The notes beneath the pieces are model-generated. The model ran no database searches and was not told where the DNA came from. It worked only from the letters and a program-made list of their open reading frames with translations. A stretch of 64,000 nucleotides of DNA, taken from Octopus vulgaris (taxonomy: Eukaryota). This document shows, piece after piece, positions 39,701 to 54,716 of the stretch. Numbering within the stretch: the stretch's first letter is position 1; each line of letters begins with the position of its first letter. The position numbers and the translations under genes are program-made. The stretch spans positions 44,640,001 to 44,704,000 of the forward strand of contig OX597826.1 of NCBI GenBank assembly GCA_951406725.2. Reading direction: 5' to 3'.

Positions 39701-40401
39701 TATATTGCTGACGGGGAAGAAACCTTGTACAATTCGTTGTTTATGTTTTTTTCCGTTAACGTCAATTTGTCGCTCTTTGTTGCCCTGGTTAGGGTGATGT
39801 TCTGATCTTCATGCCCCATTGCATGTTATATATATAATCCAGTTTGAGACAAATGCTTCAGTAAAAGTAATTCGTGACTTTTGAGATAATACGTTAAACC
39901 AGTAATCGGATGTTGGCTGAAAAGGGAATGATTTCAGTGGTTCTAAATTCATGGATCAGCTTTTTTATTGAAACGGCTCAGGTATTTACGTATTCACTCA
40001 CTGTCTTGGGATGACAGGAAGCCATTTTCTTTTGCATCTCATACGACAGAAACATCTCCATAGCTGTCACCGTCACTGCTAACAACGATCTGTTTGTTAT
40101 TGATCCGACTATTAAACTGGGGATTAGTTTAAGGTTTCACAATATCTTTAATGTGCAAATAATACTTAGATTACATTATTCAGTTGTAACATTCCCTTCA
40201 ATATTCTGTTACAATGTTACTGGATTATTCTTCCCAAAATTTCTCTATAATTGTTATTTCATTGACTAAGGATTTCTTCTTAGATAATTTTTCCACAACT
40301 AAATACATTTTTGAAGTTTGAAACTGGCGACGGTTAATGGATTCAGGACACATTTCATGCAATCTCATTTTTAATATAATATGTAAAAATCCTTATGTGT
40401 G

Positions 40402-40633
<232 letters not shown>

Positions 40634-40736
40634 AGTAACTGTCTGCCTGTCTGTTTGTGTGTGTTTGTGTGTGTGTGTATGTTTGTGTGCATGTGTGTAT
40701 CCTCAAACATATACATATACATCCATGTATGTATTT

Positions 40737-41130
40737 TTCTTTAATCTTTTATTTATTTAACTCGTAGGACTGCAGCTGTGCTGGGGCACCGCCTGGAAGA
40801 ATTTTGTCGAATGAATGGGCTTTAGTCCTTTATTTTGAGCCTGGTACTTATTCTAATAACCCCTCTTACCAAAACCACTAACTTCATGGGTCGTAAACAA
40901 ACCAATACCGGTTCTCAAGCGATACAGGAGAAAAAAACAAAAACAAAAAGACACTCACATAGATATGTAGATATATATACGACAGACTTCTTTCAGTTCC
41001 CGTCTGTAAAATCCACTCACAAGTCTTTTCCTTTGGCCCATGGTTATTGTAGAAAATAGCTACCCAGGTGTTACGCTGAGGTAGTGAACCTGGAAATATG
41101 TGGTAGGAAGGACAATTCTCCGTGTGCAAT
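40737..41130 (-). mobile_element. SINE family A, degenerate
   Basis: GCTGGGGCACCGCC tail and CTTCTTTCAGTTCCCGTCTGTAAAATCCACTCACAAG core. Confidence 0.75.
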
Positions 41131-41393
41131 ACAGAACAATCGGACTTTATATACTTAATTTATTGTTAATGTTCCTATATAATGCAGTTATGAAGCAAAC
41201 TACTCTCTCTACATTTTCAGAAGACATAAAAACTCTATGGTTTCCGTACAGCTTATACACCTTACTCTTCCCATGAAAATACATTACTTAGTTATATTTA
41301 GAAGAATGTCTATTAAAAATGCGTTATAAAATTTTCCACTTGATTCACGAGGAAATTTGATAAATTTATCATTCACTTTAATATATGCATACA

Positions 41394-41429
<36 letters not shown>

Positions 41430-41457
41430 TATATACATATATAAATATATCAGTATG

Positions 41458-41505
<48 letters not shown>

Positions 41506-41508
41506 CAG

Positions 41509-41567
<59 letters not shown>

Positions 41568-42856
41568 TATCAGTATGTATGTATATATATATATATATAT
41601 ATATATTCATATCCGCAGGCTCATCATCGCCAAACAATGTGGTATCATTGCACAAATATTTCATTACCAAACGGATCATATTTGCACAGATAATATAGAT
41701 ATAGATCATGTTAACAGTAAAATTCGGTGTAATCCTCATTGTTTAAATCACTTTTGTTGCTATATGCTTCAGTTGAATGCTAGAACAATCGATTTAAAGA
41801 ATAGCGGTTGAAATGAATAACACCACTATAAATGTCGCATTCATGTATGCATGTTTAATAAACGTAGGTATTTTGATATCAATACACTGAATCTTGCTGA
41901 ATAGACAGAATAGATAGATATAAAGTTTTCACAATACACACCTCAGTAAGCAGGATATCCATTCCTTTAGAACAGATTACAATGAATGCAAATTTCATTG
42001 ACCATTGTTTGAAAGTATAAATGTTATTTCTATATCTATATACCGAGTTTTATCAGTGTAACCGCTTACATTTCACTGGAATTAATGCAGAACAAATCAA
42101 AACATATTCTTATTCACTCTTCCCAATATATATTAATAAGTAGATTAAGTTTATAGTTCTAAGTATATAAATTGAAATATACACACGTATACAAACACAC
42201 CGAAAGATATAGAGTGTCATGTTTCGGTCACATTAATGTCCTTTTAGTACTCACAGAAATATTCTAATTCATACATATTATACTAAATGAAATCTCTAAT
42301 GATGTCAGCTTTCTGCCAATTTAAATATTTTCTCACTGGAATGCTTTCACTGGGTGCTAAGAAATTGAGTTATCACTTATGTAATATCAATAATTATAGA
42401 GAAATGATCTTGTGAATTCTAATAAGCAGCGTCCATAGACATCAACCGAGCCAAATTCTCTGCTCTTTATAACGTACGGATAGGATTGACTGTTAAACTA
42501 GACTAATGTCGTGTAATATGTATTAGAATCTGGTAAAAATGTGTGCATATATTTTTAAGTTGAAAGAGTGACATAAAACTAATAAATCTGTATTCGTGCT
42601 TTAGCGTTAATAGCACCTTACTGATACGAGAACTGAAACACATCACCAAATACCTATACGTGTGTGTATGTGTATGTGTGTGTGTGTATGTGTGTGAGTG
42701 TATATATATATATATATGCAGTTAGATATATACATACACATACACATACATATAGGTGATGGTGGTGGGAAAGAAATGGGATGCTGAAGAATGTAAAAAC
42801 GAATATCATCGACAAATACATTATCTAATGTATACTCCAGGAAAATATATATATAT

Positions 42857-42967
<111 letters not shown>

Positions 42968-42993
42968 TATAAATATATACAGATATATATGTG

Positions 42994-43030
<37 letters not shown>

Positions 43031-43031
43031 G

Positions 43032-43149
<118 letters not shown>

Positions 43150-44122
43150 GAGAAAAAAGAACAAATATACGTTTGTCTATGAAACCTCTTCGTCGAATCG
43201 GTATACAGAAACCGATGATTACAGCTTCAGGGTAGAGAGATAAGTAATAGGATTGTGTATAATAAAAGCTACTATGTTGTCAGCTAAACAAAAATGACAG
43301 CATATACTGATGTCTACCATCAATCCTGCTCAGTAAAGAAGTTGAAACGTAGATTTCTGCTAAGGCTTCGTTTCTTTGCAATAATAGTCAATACATAAAG
43401 CAATGATATAGAATTATGTAGTTGCAGTAGCTATGTGTTCGTGTAATAATAATACAGTTACAAAATTCCTTTATGTAAGTATATAAAAATTATGAAGGTA
43501 GCTCTGCATCTGGAAAATTGTGAGAAACGTTTCTATGACTTTGCGTATAAGTATAAATGCATACCTATTCATATAGTTTAGAATAAGCGACAGACGAACA
43601 ACAAAGACACACTCAAGCGAAAAAAAAAATATTAATGTTTTCGAACTGGAAGTTTGTATACACGGACTACACACACACACACACACATGCATGTAAAACA
43701 CACATGCACATTTGCACGTGCACACATTAGCATCATGCACATACACGTGCCTTCTCACACATGCACGCGTGCCGGCCCATACACACACGCGTGCATTAAC
43801 TTCTCACGCAAATACGTGCTCGTGAGCGCACAGATACATCCTCGCATATAGCCAGGTCACTGTTGCCTTCCTTGACACGCATGCACCTCATGCCAACTTT
43901 TTCCTCTACCTGCCATTTGGACATGACTTGACCATTTAATTCATACATGTTTTTTTTTTCTTTTTTCCTCTCAGTATCTTTTTTTTTTTCTCTCTTTATC
44001 TATACTTTCTGTAGAAGAGCGTGGGCTCGAAGCGTTACAAACACTTTCCTTTTATGAAACTAACAAACTCTGTTTATCTTTCCCCACGTTTTTTATGCTT
44101 TTGGACTACACGTAAACACACA

Positions 44123-44161
<39 letters not shown>

Positions 44162-44770
44162 ACAAACACACATACACGCACACGCGTGCACACACGTGCA
44201 ACACTAACAGAACACACAGACACACATATATGTCTATATACTTATCGATGAGTGTGTGTGTGCATACAAAGTATATATATATATATTTTTTTTTTTACAA
44301 GAACAAACACAAGACAAAGTTTTGCAATATTTTGGTAAATTATTTGCTTTATTCGTCAAGTTACAATAAATAGAACTTAGCATTCAAGGTGCAGGCCATC
44401 GTGTTTCACTGTGTGGAGCCACCTTGCTGTCAGTTTATTAACACAACGTATATTTTGAGGTGAAGAACTCCACTGAAGAACTCATTGGCAAACAGATAAT
44501 GCTCTCTCTCTCCCTCTCTGTATCTGTGTGTGTCTGTGTGTATATGGATCTACAAATACAATATCCTTACACATCTCACATCTATTTTCTCTCCACCTCA
44601 CTCTCTATGTTTTATCTTATCTAAATTAACTATTACTTAACAATCCTCTCACATTGTCTCCGATGAAGAGATATAATAAATATCCTGGAAACAGCTGTAA
44701 GACCTATGTGTAAATGTTCCAAAACCACAGCCTTGTTTTTTTTTATCTCATTACGAAACACACCCACACC

Positions 44771-44825
<55 letters not shown>

Positions 44826-44919
44826 GATTCAGATGAAAATACCGAAGACTTCACTCAACACATTTGGTACGAGTTACCAACATGATTTAATCTCAAATTA
44901 ATTTTTCCATAATGCCAGT

Positions 44920-45103
44920 GATTGGGGGAAGGGGAAGGGAGTTAGTCAAATACATTGACCCCTGTGTTCAGCTGATACTTATTTTATTGACCTCGAAACG
45001 ATGAAAGGCAACATCGACCACAACATAATTTGAACTCTGAACGTAAACACGAACGAAATAAGTAGTTTTCCCAGCGTGCTATCATTTCTCCAAGCTCGCC
45101 ACC
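44920..45103 (-). mobile_element. SINE family B, degenerate
   Basis: GATGAAAGGCAACATCGACC..TTTGAACTCTGAACG..GCTCGCCACC. Confidence 0.75.
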
Positions 45104-45422
45104 TTGGTTACATATATAATTTAGTTACAGTTTCATTCCGCTATATGCAATCTAACGTTTTACAGGCTGCTACAACGAACGCGCGAAACGTTTAAGTTGT
45201 ATGGGTTTGAGTCAAACTCTAATTAAGTAAACTTTCGACATTTTTGGTCAAAAAGAGTTCTGCCACCCAATGTTTCTGTCGGAAAGAGCTCTGCCACCCA
45301 ATACTCTTATCTATAGTTTATATATATATAGTTTTACAAAGCAAATTATTACATCATTTTCTCTCCAAAGTTCATAGATTCTTATGACGTGTGTATGTAT
45401 ACATTTCAAAATGTAACCACAT

Positions 45423-45665
45423 GTGGATTGTGGGCGATTTTTTCCCGCTGTCTTCCTTTTCTCTTGGACTTTCCTCTGTCTCCTTATTTCTAAAGAAGAG
45501 TTTTGCTCAAAACGTAAAACCACCTTTCTTTCCTTCCCTGAGCGTCTGCTAATACTTTGGATGTACCATATATACCGCCCCCACCAAAAAAAAAACCCCA
45601 AGAACAAACACAATACAAAAACAACAACGTTAAGGCGTGGTGTACATGCAAAGTATTAGCAGACG
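45423..45665 (+). mobile_element. Short Penelope-type terminal-repeat fragment with a degenerate hammerhead motif
   Basis: Homologous to the reverse complement of 21200-21405: CTAAAGAA-GAGT TTT GCTC-AAAACGTA-AAACC..CCTGAGCGTC. Confidence 0.5.
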
Positions 45666-45723
45666 CATATATATATATATATGTGTGTGTGTGTGTATGT
45701 ATGTATGTATGCATGTATGTATG

Positions 45724-45798
<75 letters not shown>

Positions 45799-45853
45799 GT
45801 ATGTATATACATGTATGTGTGTATGTATGTATTTATGCATATATGTATGTATA

Positions 45854-46743
45854 AAAGGCGCGGTGATTAAACTGGCGTCTAAATTACGCAAAACTGAAAA
45901 TAACACTGATATCTCATGTTAACAGATATATTTACCAATATTACATGAAAATATCTTGAAATTCTAAAGAATACATTTATTCAATAAAATCACCATTGGC
46001 TTCAAACACGGCCTACAGACAACTTCGGAATCTTCTGCAACTCTTCTGGACGGTCTCCTTGCTTAAGTCGGTGAATACTGCCATAAATCTTGCCTTCAAT
46101 GCATCTTTGATGTTACAAGGAGTATTGTTAGTCTCTCACTCAACTATACCCACACATAATATTCAAGGTGGTTGCGGTCTGGGGAGTTAGACGGCTAAAT
46201 GTTAGGGTTGATGTGATCGCAGAAATTGCATGATAGCCATGAGTGGCGTCTCCTGCTTGTAAGGCATGGTGCAGAGTCCTGTTGGCAGACATAGGATCTT
46301 CCAGTAGTAAACGTCTTGACCCAGAGCAGCACTACCTTCTCCAGGCACTTGATGTAGGCCTCCGTGTTGAGTGTGAGGCCATGTGCGAAGATGTATGGAG
46401 GCATAATGTCGCCTTCACTAGCGATCACTCCAAACACATGATGTTGACTAGATGTTTGGTTTTTATCACTCCCTGAACATGCCCTTAGATTGCATTGTCC
46501 TCAGATTGACACCCAAACACTCTGAAATATTCGTAACATCCAGCTTCCGGCGCGAATGCCTAGCAGTACAGCATGTCGTTTCCCAATTTCTGGCAGAGTG
46601 AACAGCGTCATGGTGCTGTTTTTTCTCGCAGACGGTGCCCAACTGAACCTACTGTACTGTGTAGTCGACAAAATCAAAAACAAACATTGTGCATGCGCAA
46701 AATTAAAAGTATAGCATTGTGACAATTTACCCATCGCAACCTG
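45854..46743 (-). mobile_element. Internally deleted maT/DD37D-like Tc1/mariner transposon
   Basis: Imperfect TIRs at both ends (AGG.GCG.TG..TAAA.TG.C.C). N-terminus MTLFTLPEIGKRHAVLLGIRAG is joined to the catalytic part FGVIASEGDIMPP..QQDSAPC..SNSPD. Confidence 0.8.
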
Positions 46744-46935
46744 TGTGCGTGTGTTTGTGTGTATGTGTTTGTGTGTGTGTGCGCCAAATATGTACGTGTA
46801 AATATGCTTATGTATGTATGTATGTATGTATGTATGTATCCATACATACACACGCGCCCACACATACCCAAACTGAAATCAACTTTCACCTGTTCAAAGC
46901 AGACACCATTGATAACCCGTTTGTAATTCATTCAT

Positions 46936-46996
<61 letters not shown>

Positions 46997-47338
46997 CACA
47001 CGCACACGTGCAGAAATCTACACATCTGGTGTTAGTATGTGTTGTTTTACAATTATTTTTGCCATAGAACGAAGAAGAAGAGTGGCAGTGAGTTGGACAT
47101 AAATGTATGACGAAATACTTTGGCACCTAATAATATAGATTAATATTATGACAACAATAGAAGTAAAAGTGAATATAACATTGTCTGAATAGTTTTAATG
47201 GAGACATTAATTACAATGTTTTCGTTCCTACACACGATCTTAGATCAAATCACTTGTCAAACAAAAACAGCTTAGCAATCTCTGTCATTCCCTTTCTCTA
47301 TCTGTCTGTCTGTCTCTCTCAATCTCATTTGCTCTCTT

Positions 47339-47382
<44 letters not shown>

Positions 47383-47483
47383 GCTCTCTCTCTCTCTCTT
47401 TACGTGTGTGTATGTGTATGTGTGAATACACGTTATCTATCTATCTATCTATCTATTTATCTATCTACCTATCTATATGTGTA

Positions 47484-47568
<85 letters not shown>

Positions 47569-48064
47569 GTCAATCTAACTATCTATTATCTATTTATTTA
47601 TCTGTACACCTCCACACCCACACATATATATGTATATATGTATGTACGTATGTATGTATATTTGTACGTATGTATGTATGTATGTATGTATGTATGTATA
47701 TATATATATATATATATTAGAGTATCGTACTATACCCACACTCACACGCACAAACACACGCGCGTACACAGACACAAACACAGAGACGTGTATAAATCTA
47801 CATACAAAAGGTGCACCGGATATTTGTTAAGTATAACGGGCTATAAATGAAAGGTACCTAATGTATTGTTTATATACACAGCCATTGACACACGCACACA
47901 AATATGTATTCATATACAGATGCATATACATATATATACATATAAGTATCTATTAATGTACATAAATATATATATATATATATATCGATATATGTGTGTG
48001 CGTATATATATATATTTATATAGATAATCGTGTGAAAGAGAGAGGCACGCACACACATACACAC

Positions 48065-48151
<87 letters not shown>

Positions 48152-48997
48152 AAAAGATAACTGGCTATCTTTCATTAGCTTGGCCATAAAGGGATTGGGT
48201 AGTATCTTAAATAGCTGCTAATCTGAAGTTTCTGTTATTGTTTTTTTATTATTTTTTTGTTTTACGTTTGCACTTAGAGAGTTTTAGGTCGACTTCGTCG
48301 GTGTAATTCTGTATAATTTTTTTTTCCGCTAATTTTAGTTTATTTTTTCCTGTTTGTATTGACACCCGTATCTCCAGGTAACTGGATGGCACTACAGTAA
48401 GGAAGAGGCGAGGACCCATTGTCAGATTCTGCGGGCAAGTTAGAAACAGCTGGCATCCCTATTTATCCGTTTTGCTGCTGTAGTTGAACAATCTCCTACA
48501 CTTTCCACTTGTAGCTTCATTAAGCATGCGCTAGTGAAAGGTCTTTTCGCCTCTTATTTGGTTCCTGGCAATGAGAACCGGCTGACATCCTTCACCAAAA
48601 CCGGCAAGTCGAGCATCACTTTGAGAACAGTAACCTTTTTGGAACTCCTTTTTCTGTCTCTCCTGCTAATTTTCTTTTTCTATATCCCTGATTCAGCAGA
48701 CAAAATGATATCCTTTTCTTTTGATTTACGCTACTGGACGTTTAGCAACCAGGGGGCAATGTACTTCACCATACGTCAGCCGGTTCCACGGATAGTTGTT
48801 AGTTAACGTGGTAGAGGAAAAATAACAACTACTTTTGATACATGCAAATCTCCCTCGTGTTACGTCATCCGTATTCAATTTTACGGTATTACAAACGACA
48901 CTGGAAAATGAAGACGAAACGAACCGAGCATGAGATCATATTGACTCGATATAAAGTGTTTGTGTGCGTGCGCGCGTGTGTTTTGCTGATATAAATA

Positions 48998-49160
48998 GGC
49001 GTAGGAGTGGATGTGTGGTAAGCAGCTTTCTTACCAACCACATGGTTCCGGGTTCAGTTCCACTGCGTGGCACCTTCGGCAAGTGTCTTCTACTATTGCC
49101 TCGGTCCAACCAAGGCCTTGTGAGTGGATTTGGTAGACGGAAACTGAAAGAAGCCCGTCG

Positions 49161-49197
<37 letters not shown>

Positions 49198-49419
49198 ATG
49201 TTTGTGTGTCTGTGTTTGTTCCCCCAACATCGCTTGACAACCGATGCTGGTGTGTTTACGTCCCCGTAACTTAGCGGTTTGGCAAAAGAGACCGATGAAA
49301 TAACTACTAGGCTTACAAAGAATAAGTCCTGGGGTCAATTTGCTCGACTAAAGGCGGTGCTCCAGCATGGCCGCAGTCAAATGACTGAAACAAATAAAAG
49401 AGTAAAAGAGTAAAAGAGT
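48998..49419 (+). mobile_element. SINE family A, best-preserved copy (tRNA head, CORE-like domain)
   Basis: A-box TGGATGTGTGG, B-box GGTTCAGTTCC, ACCTTCGGCAAGTG core, internal (TA)(TG) microsatellite, and (TAAAAGAG)n tail. Confidence 0.9.
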
Positions 49420-49519
49420 TCATGTGAAGCAGATTTTCAGTTATTTTCAAAGAATAAAATTCTCCAATACTTTTAGGGCTGTCAGGAGCCACAGCACGAA
49501 TATATGTAAATATATATAT

Positions 49520-49695
49520 ACGACGGGCTTCATTGGAGTCTCCTCCTAGCAATATCCGCTTACAAAGTATTCCTTGGCCCAAGGTTCTGGTAGACGACAT
49601 TTCTCTAAGGTCTAAGTTGTCGCACTGCGGTACAGAACCGGAAACTAATTCGTTGCGAAGTGACCTTTTCCATCAAACCGCAATACGGGTGTCTA
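49520..49695 (-). mobile_element. SINE family A 5' half, degenerate
   Basis: CGACGGGCTTC..GGCCCAAGGTTCTGGTAGACGACATT..GAACCGGAAAC. Confidence 0.55.
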
Positions 49696-50477
49696 TGTCC
49701 ACACACCCGTACTAATTTGTTTGCATTTAAATGCTTGCGTATAAACGATGAAACAAAAGAACTGGACTCTCTCTCACACACACATACAAGCTCATACACA
49801 CAGAGACACACAGACGTACAAAATGTGTGTAGTAATCTGGAAAATTTAAGTAATGTATCATACAAAATTGACCTGGCCTTTGATATGATCGAACAGCACT
49901 TATTATTAATAGTGAACCTAACAATAAACCTAATTATCTTTCTTTGAAGAATACTAAGTTAAAACATTTATTTGCTCCTCTAGGTCGAAAGGTAACTTTC
50001 TTTGTGTTACACACTAAGGATATTTAATATTTTTGCATTAATGTAGTTTTTAGTTTCAAAGGATTTCTGACAATCAGTTAAATTCAATTAGTGTAACGTT
50101 TTTTTGCCATTTTGCCTTTCTTTTTGTTGAAATTATATAAATTGTCTAATTATCTCGGTCATTAAAAGTTCCGCTATAACAAGTAAGTTCATACTTCCCT
50201 GATAAGGTCTAATACGCCTGAAACATGTATGTCTCTGTTGATCGCATTTACCCAAGATGAAACACATTTTCCACTGCATACTTGTATTCAGGGTTTAACT
50301 AATTTGAATTTCAGAGTTGCTTTCTTTTTCAACATGCACAAGCTATTTCTGAAAAGCATACAAGCCACACACACACACATACATATATATGTGTGTGTGT
50401 GTGTGTGTGTCCGTGTGTGTGCGCGTGCGTGTGTGCGTGTGTGTGTGTGTGTGTGTGTCCGTGTGTGTGCGCGTGCG

Positions 50478-50534
<57 letters not shown>

Positions 50535-50639
50535 CTATTTTTTCTGTCTGCCATTCCTGGGAGGATCGCATGTTTAGGGTCTTTCAGGTACCTTTTTCAT
50601 TAATTCCGGTCAGAAGTAACTATCATTACATTATCCGGT

Positions 50640-50990
50640 TGGATTCCTAAGCGTGAGCAACTGTGACTAAGGATATCCCCCAGCCGTCTCGTTTTTTGGT
50701 CTTTCCTGAGGTCTCCTGCCAGTTGGCTCGGTTTGAAGAAACTGTCTTGCGATTTTTTTCTCACGACATTCTAGTAACATATCCGTTCAACCGGAGCTAT
50801 GAGTTTTCAATACGGGGAAGTAGCAGCTCGACTTGACGAGACACTCTGATCTTCGATCAATGCACCCTGCCGAGTAACATTACTCCTGGGATTAATGGGA
50901 ACTCCCCACCCCCCACATCGGCTGCTCGTATTTGAGATCGTACACTTTCAGTCATTACTCAATACTTCTGACCATAGACTCAAGAACACA
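50640..50990 (-). mobile_element. RTE-like LINE fragment
   Basis: Homologous to 13340-13650 (GGTCTCCTGCC..GCTCGG..GACATTCT..GAAGTAGCAG). Confidence 0.55.
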
Positions 50991-51710
50991 TCTGAAGATT
51001 CCATGTTATTATTTTTCTTATATTTCACGAATTAATATCACTTTGACTTTCAGCCTGAATCTTTTGTTTGTAATCTAAAATAGTTTATTTGAACTTGTTT
51101 TTCTTTTCCTAACAGCATTTTGAAGTTTACTTCGGAGAAAAACATGCAGCTTCTTACTCAACAACCTTAACTTCCATTTGCCTCTTTGATATTCTAGAGA
51201 AACCTGATCCTCAGAAACATGTCGTTTAATCTCAATCACTTTCATATTACCCTGCTTTAAAAATCAATTCAGTTTCCAATCTGCGTTTCCAAATTGAAGT
51301 AAGGAACGTGCACGGGCTTAAAGTAACATCGCTTTATTTTAAATCTCATATATTCTGCATGACTTCTCTGAAGCCATGCAACGTTGACGAATTTAAAACA
51401 AATATTGAATGCACCGAAGATACTTGAAGCCTTAGATTTCTCAGCGGGAAGTTCTTTTAGAGTTAATAACAGAACTCCATCTACTGATAAGGTATATCAG
51501 ATAAGATATTTATGTTTATGTTTCACATGACCATTTTTTTTTTATTCGCAAAACGAATGAAGTTTTTAACAAATATAAAAGGATAAATTTACAACTTGTT
51601 TTGCAAGTGTGAACCCGCACCAGTGCGCGCACACGCATATTCTCCTATACATATATACACATGCATACATAAATGTATATACACAAACACACATATCTAT
51701 CTATCTATCA

Positions 51711-51817
<107 letters not shown>

Positions 51818-51871
51818 GGTTCAGCAAAGATTTGCTTTACCACTTCTTAATTAATTAATTTTACCCTTTGT

Positions 51872-51907
<36 letters not shown>

Positions 51908-51919
51908 AAATATATATGT

Positions 51920-51954
<35 letters not shown>

Positions 51955-51967
51955 AAAAATATATATA

Positions 51968-52084
<117 letters not shown>

Positions 52085-52090
52085 CCTGCA

Positions 52091-52747
52091 TTAGGTTACT
52101 TTCTCGTCACAAAAAGTGGATAATTTTTTGAATCAAATTGTAACGTCATGAGAAATGGATCCAATACAACAACCGTAAACGTCCGTCCAAAAAGCAAAAT
52201 TCATCAAAAGATGCCGATAGTGTGTTTTTGGTGGTCTGGCGCAGCTGTGATCTATTATGATTTCATTAAACCTGGCTTATCAATCACGGCCAAACTATAC
52301 TGCAGGCAACTGGACCAAATGATGCAGAAACTTACCAACAAAAAAAAAACACAGCCTAGAATAGTCAATAGATCCACTTCTATTTTATTGCAAGGCAACG
52401 TCAGACCACACATCTCAGAAGTGGCATTAGCGAAACTACTGGCGCTAAAGTTGGAAGTTCTCCATCATCCACCATACTCGCCCGATCTTGCCCCCACTGA
52501 CTACCACCAGTCTCCAGAATATGGATAACTTTTTGAGAGGAAAAAAATTCAATTCCGACATTGCTGTAGCCTTCCAAGATTTTATTGCCTCTAGATTGCC
52601 AAGCTTTTACAGTTCCCGGCTGGACAAGCTACCGCTGAAATCGCAAACAATACAGGTACATACTTCGATGAATAAAACTATTCGTTGTATTTACAATGCA
52701 TTAGCAAACTTTTTTATTTTCTACAAATTTCATACTTGACGACCTAA
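52091..52747 (+). mobile_element. Mariner (DD34D) transposase relic with 3' TIR
   Basis: EKWI, CFWW..VIYYDF, LLQGNVRPH (catalytic D lost), HPPYSPDLAPTDYH, and DNFLRGKKF. Ends ..GACCTAA|TA. Confidence 0.9.
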
Positions 52748-52793
52748 TATATACATATATATACGTGTGTGTCTGTGTATGTATGTATGCATA

Positions 52794-52824
<31 letters not shown>

Positions 52825-53267
52825 TAATGTATGTATATATACACACACATACATAGAGAATGACATCGCCAATGCAAGAAGAAAAAAATATATACAGATT
52901 AGATGCAAGACTTTTTGCTAAAGAAAAACAGTAAAATTTAATCTAAAGACTCACAAGTTAAAAATAACGTCAATATGTAAACAAATTAATTCGTGTATAA
53001 GCATTACATAATTTATGTTGAAGATAACTCTGAAAAAAGAAAAAAAACGAATCCAGCACTAAACGAGACGAAAGAACAACCGAAGAGAACTGGAAAGAAA
53101 GTACACCTGTTGTTCATAAAATACTGGCCAGGTACTGATTTTTTTTAACAAACTTAATCGGTTTGTGGCGGTACCCACATGCGACGAAATTCCTTGGAAC
53201 ATGTTTTGGTATGTTTTAATTAATGAAAATTATTCTTCCACGATGTCATAGTTATATGCTGTAATAA

Positions 53268-53455
53268 GGCGGCTCTCTGCAAGAATCATTAGCATACCGG
53301 GAAAAATGCTTCCAGGCATTTATATTCTCCGTCTTTATATTCTCAATTCAAATTCCGCCGGCATCGACAAAATAAGTTTCGCTTGAGTACCGACTCGATA
53401 TAATCAACTTATCCCCGCCCCACAAACTTGCTAGCCTCGTGCCAAAAGCTAAAAG
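53268..53455 (+). mobile_element. SINE family B, degenerate with internal deletion
   Basis: GGCGGC..GCAAGAATC head, TTCAAATTCCGCCG, and CCCACAAACTTGCTAGCCTCGTGCCAAAA tail. Confidence 0.6.
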
Positions 53456-53514
53456 ACTCATTATATACTGTATTTGATTGTATTTGATGGCATAACATAT
53501 TCATGGGCTTACTA

Positions 53515-54063
53515 CGAGGGTGAGTCAAAAAGTAATGCCATTTGTTTAGGACAGGTATAATTACCAACACAGGTAACATGTATCATACATCAAAATGAAT
53601 CTGGTCCTCTGTGGATTACATCCCTACTTCTCAACATAGTCACCGTTTCTCTCAATAGCAATGTTCCACCTTCGAATGAGGGCATGTATCCCTGCCCCGT
53701 AAAATTCTTGTTGACTGTTCTTTAAGCCAGTTCTTCACTACAGTTTTCACTTTCTCGTCACTGGACTATCATCTCTTCGGCCCCGTGAAAGAGGGTTTGA
53801 GAGGCAAACGTTATTCCAGTGACGAGGAAGTGAAAGCTGTAGTGAAGAAGTGGCTCAAAGAACAATCGACAGAATTTTACGGGGCAGAGATACATGACCC
53901 ATTCAAAGGTGGAAAATTGCTATTGAGAGAAACGGTGACTATGTTGAGAAGTAGGGATGGGATCCACAGAGGACCAGCTTTATTTTGATATATGATACAT
54001 GTTCCTGTGTTAGTAATTATACCTGTCCTAATATAAATGGTATTACTTTTTGACTTACCCTCG
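53515..54063. mobile_element. Palindromic mariner-derived MITE (two inverted copies of the element's 3' end), TA TSD
   Basis: Arms 53515-53765 and 53815-54063. Termini TA|CGAGGGT...ACCCTCG|TA. Spacer plus right arm encode DYHLFGPVKEGLRGKRYSSDEEVKAVVKKWL..NGDYVEK*. Confidence 0.92.
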
Positions 54064-54289
54064 TATATGCACACAAGTGTCAGTAACGTATTTCGAGGAA
54101 AAAGTTTTTAATGCATTAAATCAAATAATATAGATCCATCTTCGAATATAGGACCCAGGGTGGTTTTTCAAGAGATATTTTGGGAAAAATATTGCGTCGA
54201 AGATATCAAATATCGTGTGTACATGTTTTTATACGTAAAGTATGAAAAACGGTGCATTGCTCATTAGTATTGTCGGATCCTCTGCAATA

Positions 54290-54620
54290 ATTAAGCTGGA
54301 TAATATTAACGTTTGAACTACTGCAGGACGTAAACTGCAAGAAAACACAAGGGGCGAAGAAAATTCCAGACGGACGATGTTTTGAGGAGGAAGGAATGGG
54401 TTTAAAGTTTAATGTGAATCGAGATAGCTTCATGCAACCAATGTGGGAACCGTAAAAATGAGTGAGACAGGAGTTTCTGAGTAATGGGAGTACGAAAGGA
54501 GTTATCTTTGAGGACAGAGGAAATCACAGTGGAGAGAGAACTGACAGTACCGATGAGACAGCATACCTGTGGACTAGAGGCTGATGTTTTCTCATTGGTA
54601 AATATATTCGGCATATTCGG
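54290..54620 (-). mobile_element. Old CR1/L2-like LINE 3' fragment
   Basis: Minus strand SFLP.TSSVWNFL..FKR pattern. Confidence 0.5.
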
Positions 54621-54639
54621 GTGACCCCTGCCTCACGTG

Positions 54640-54716
54640 TCATCATCATCATCATTGTTCGACCTTGGTCGAGACAATGAAATTTACCATGCTACGCCAG
54701 ACTTCACGGTCCATCA
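54640..54716 (-). mobile_element. RTE-like LINE extreme 3' end with (TGA)n tail
   Basis: MDREVWRSMV..STKVEQ* followed by (TGA)n. Confidence 0.6.
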
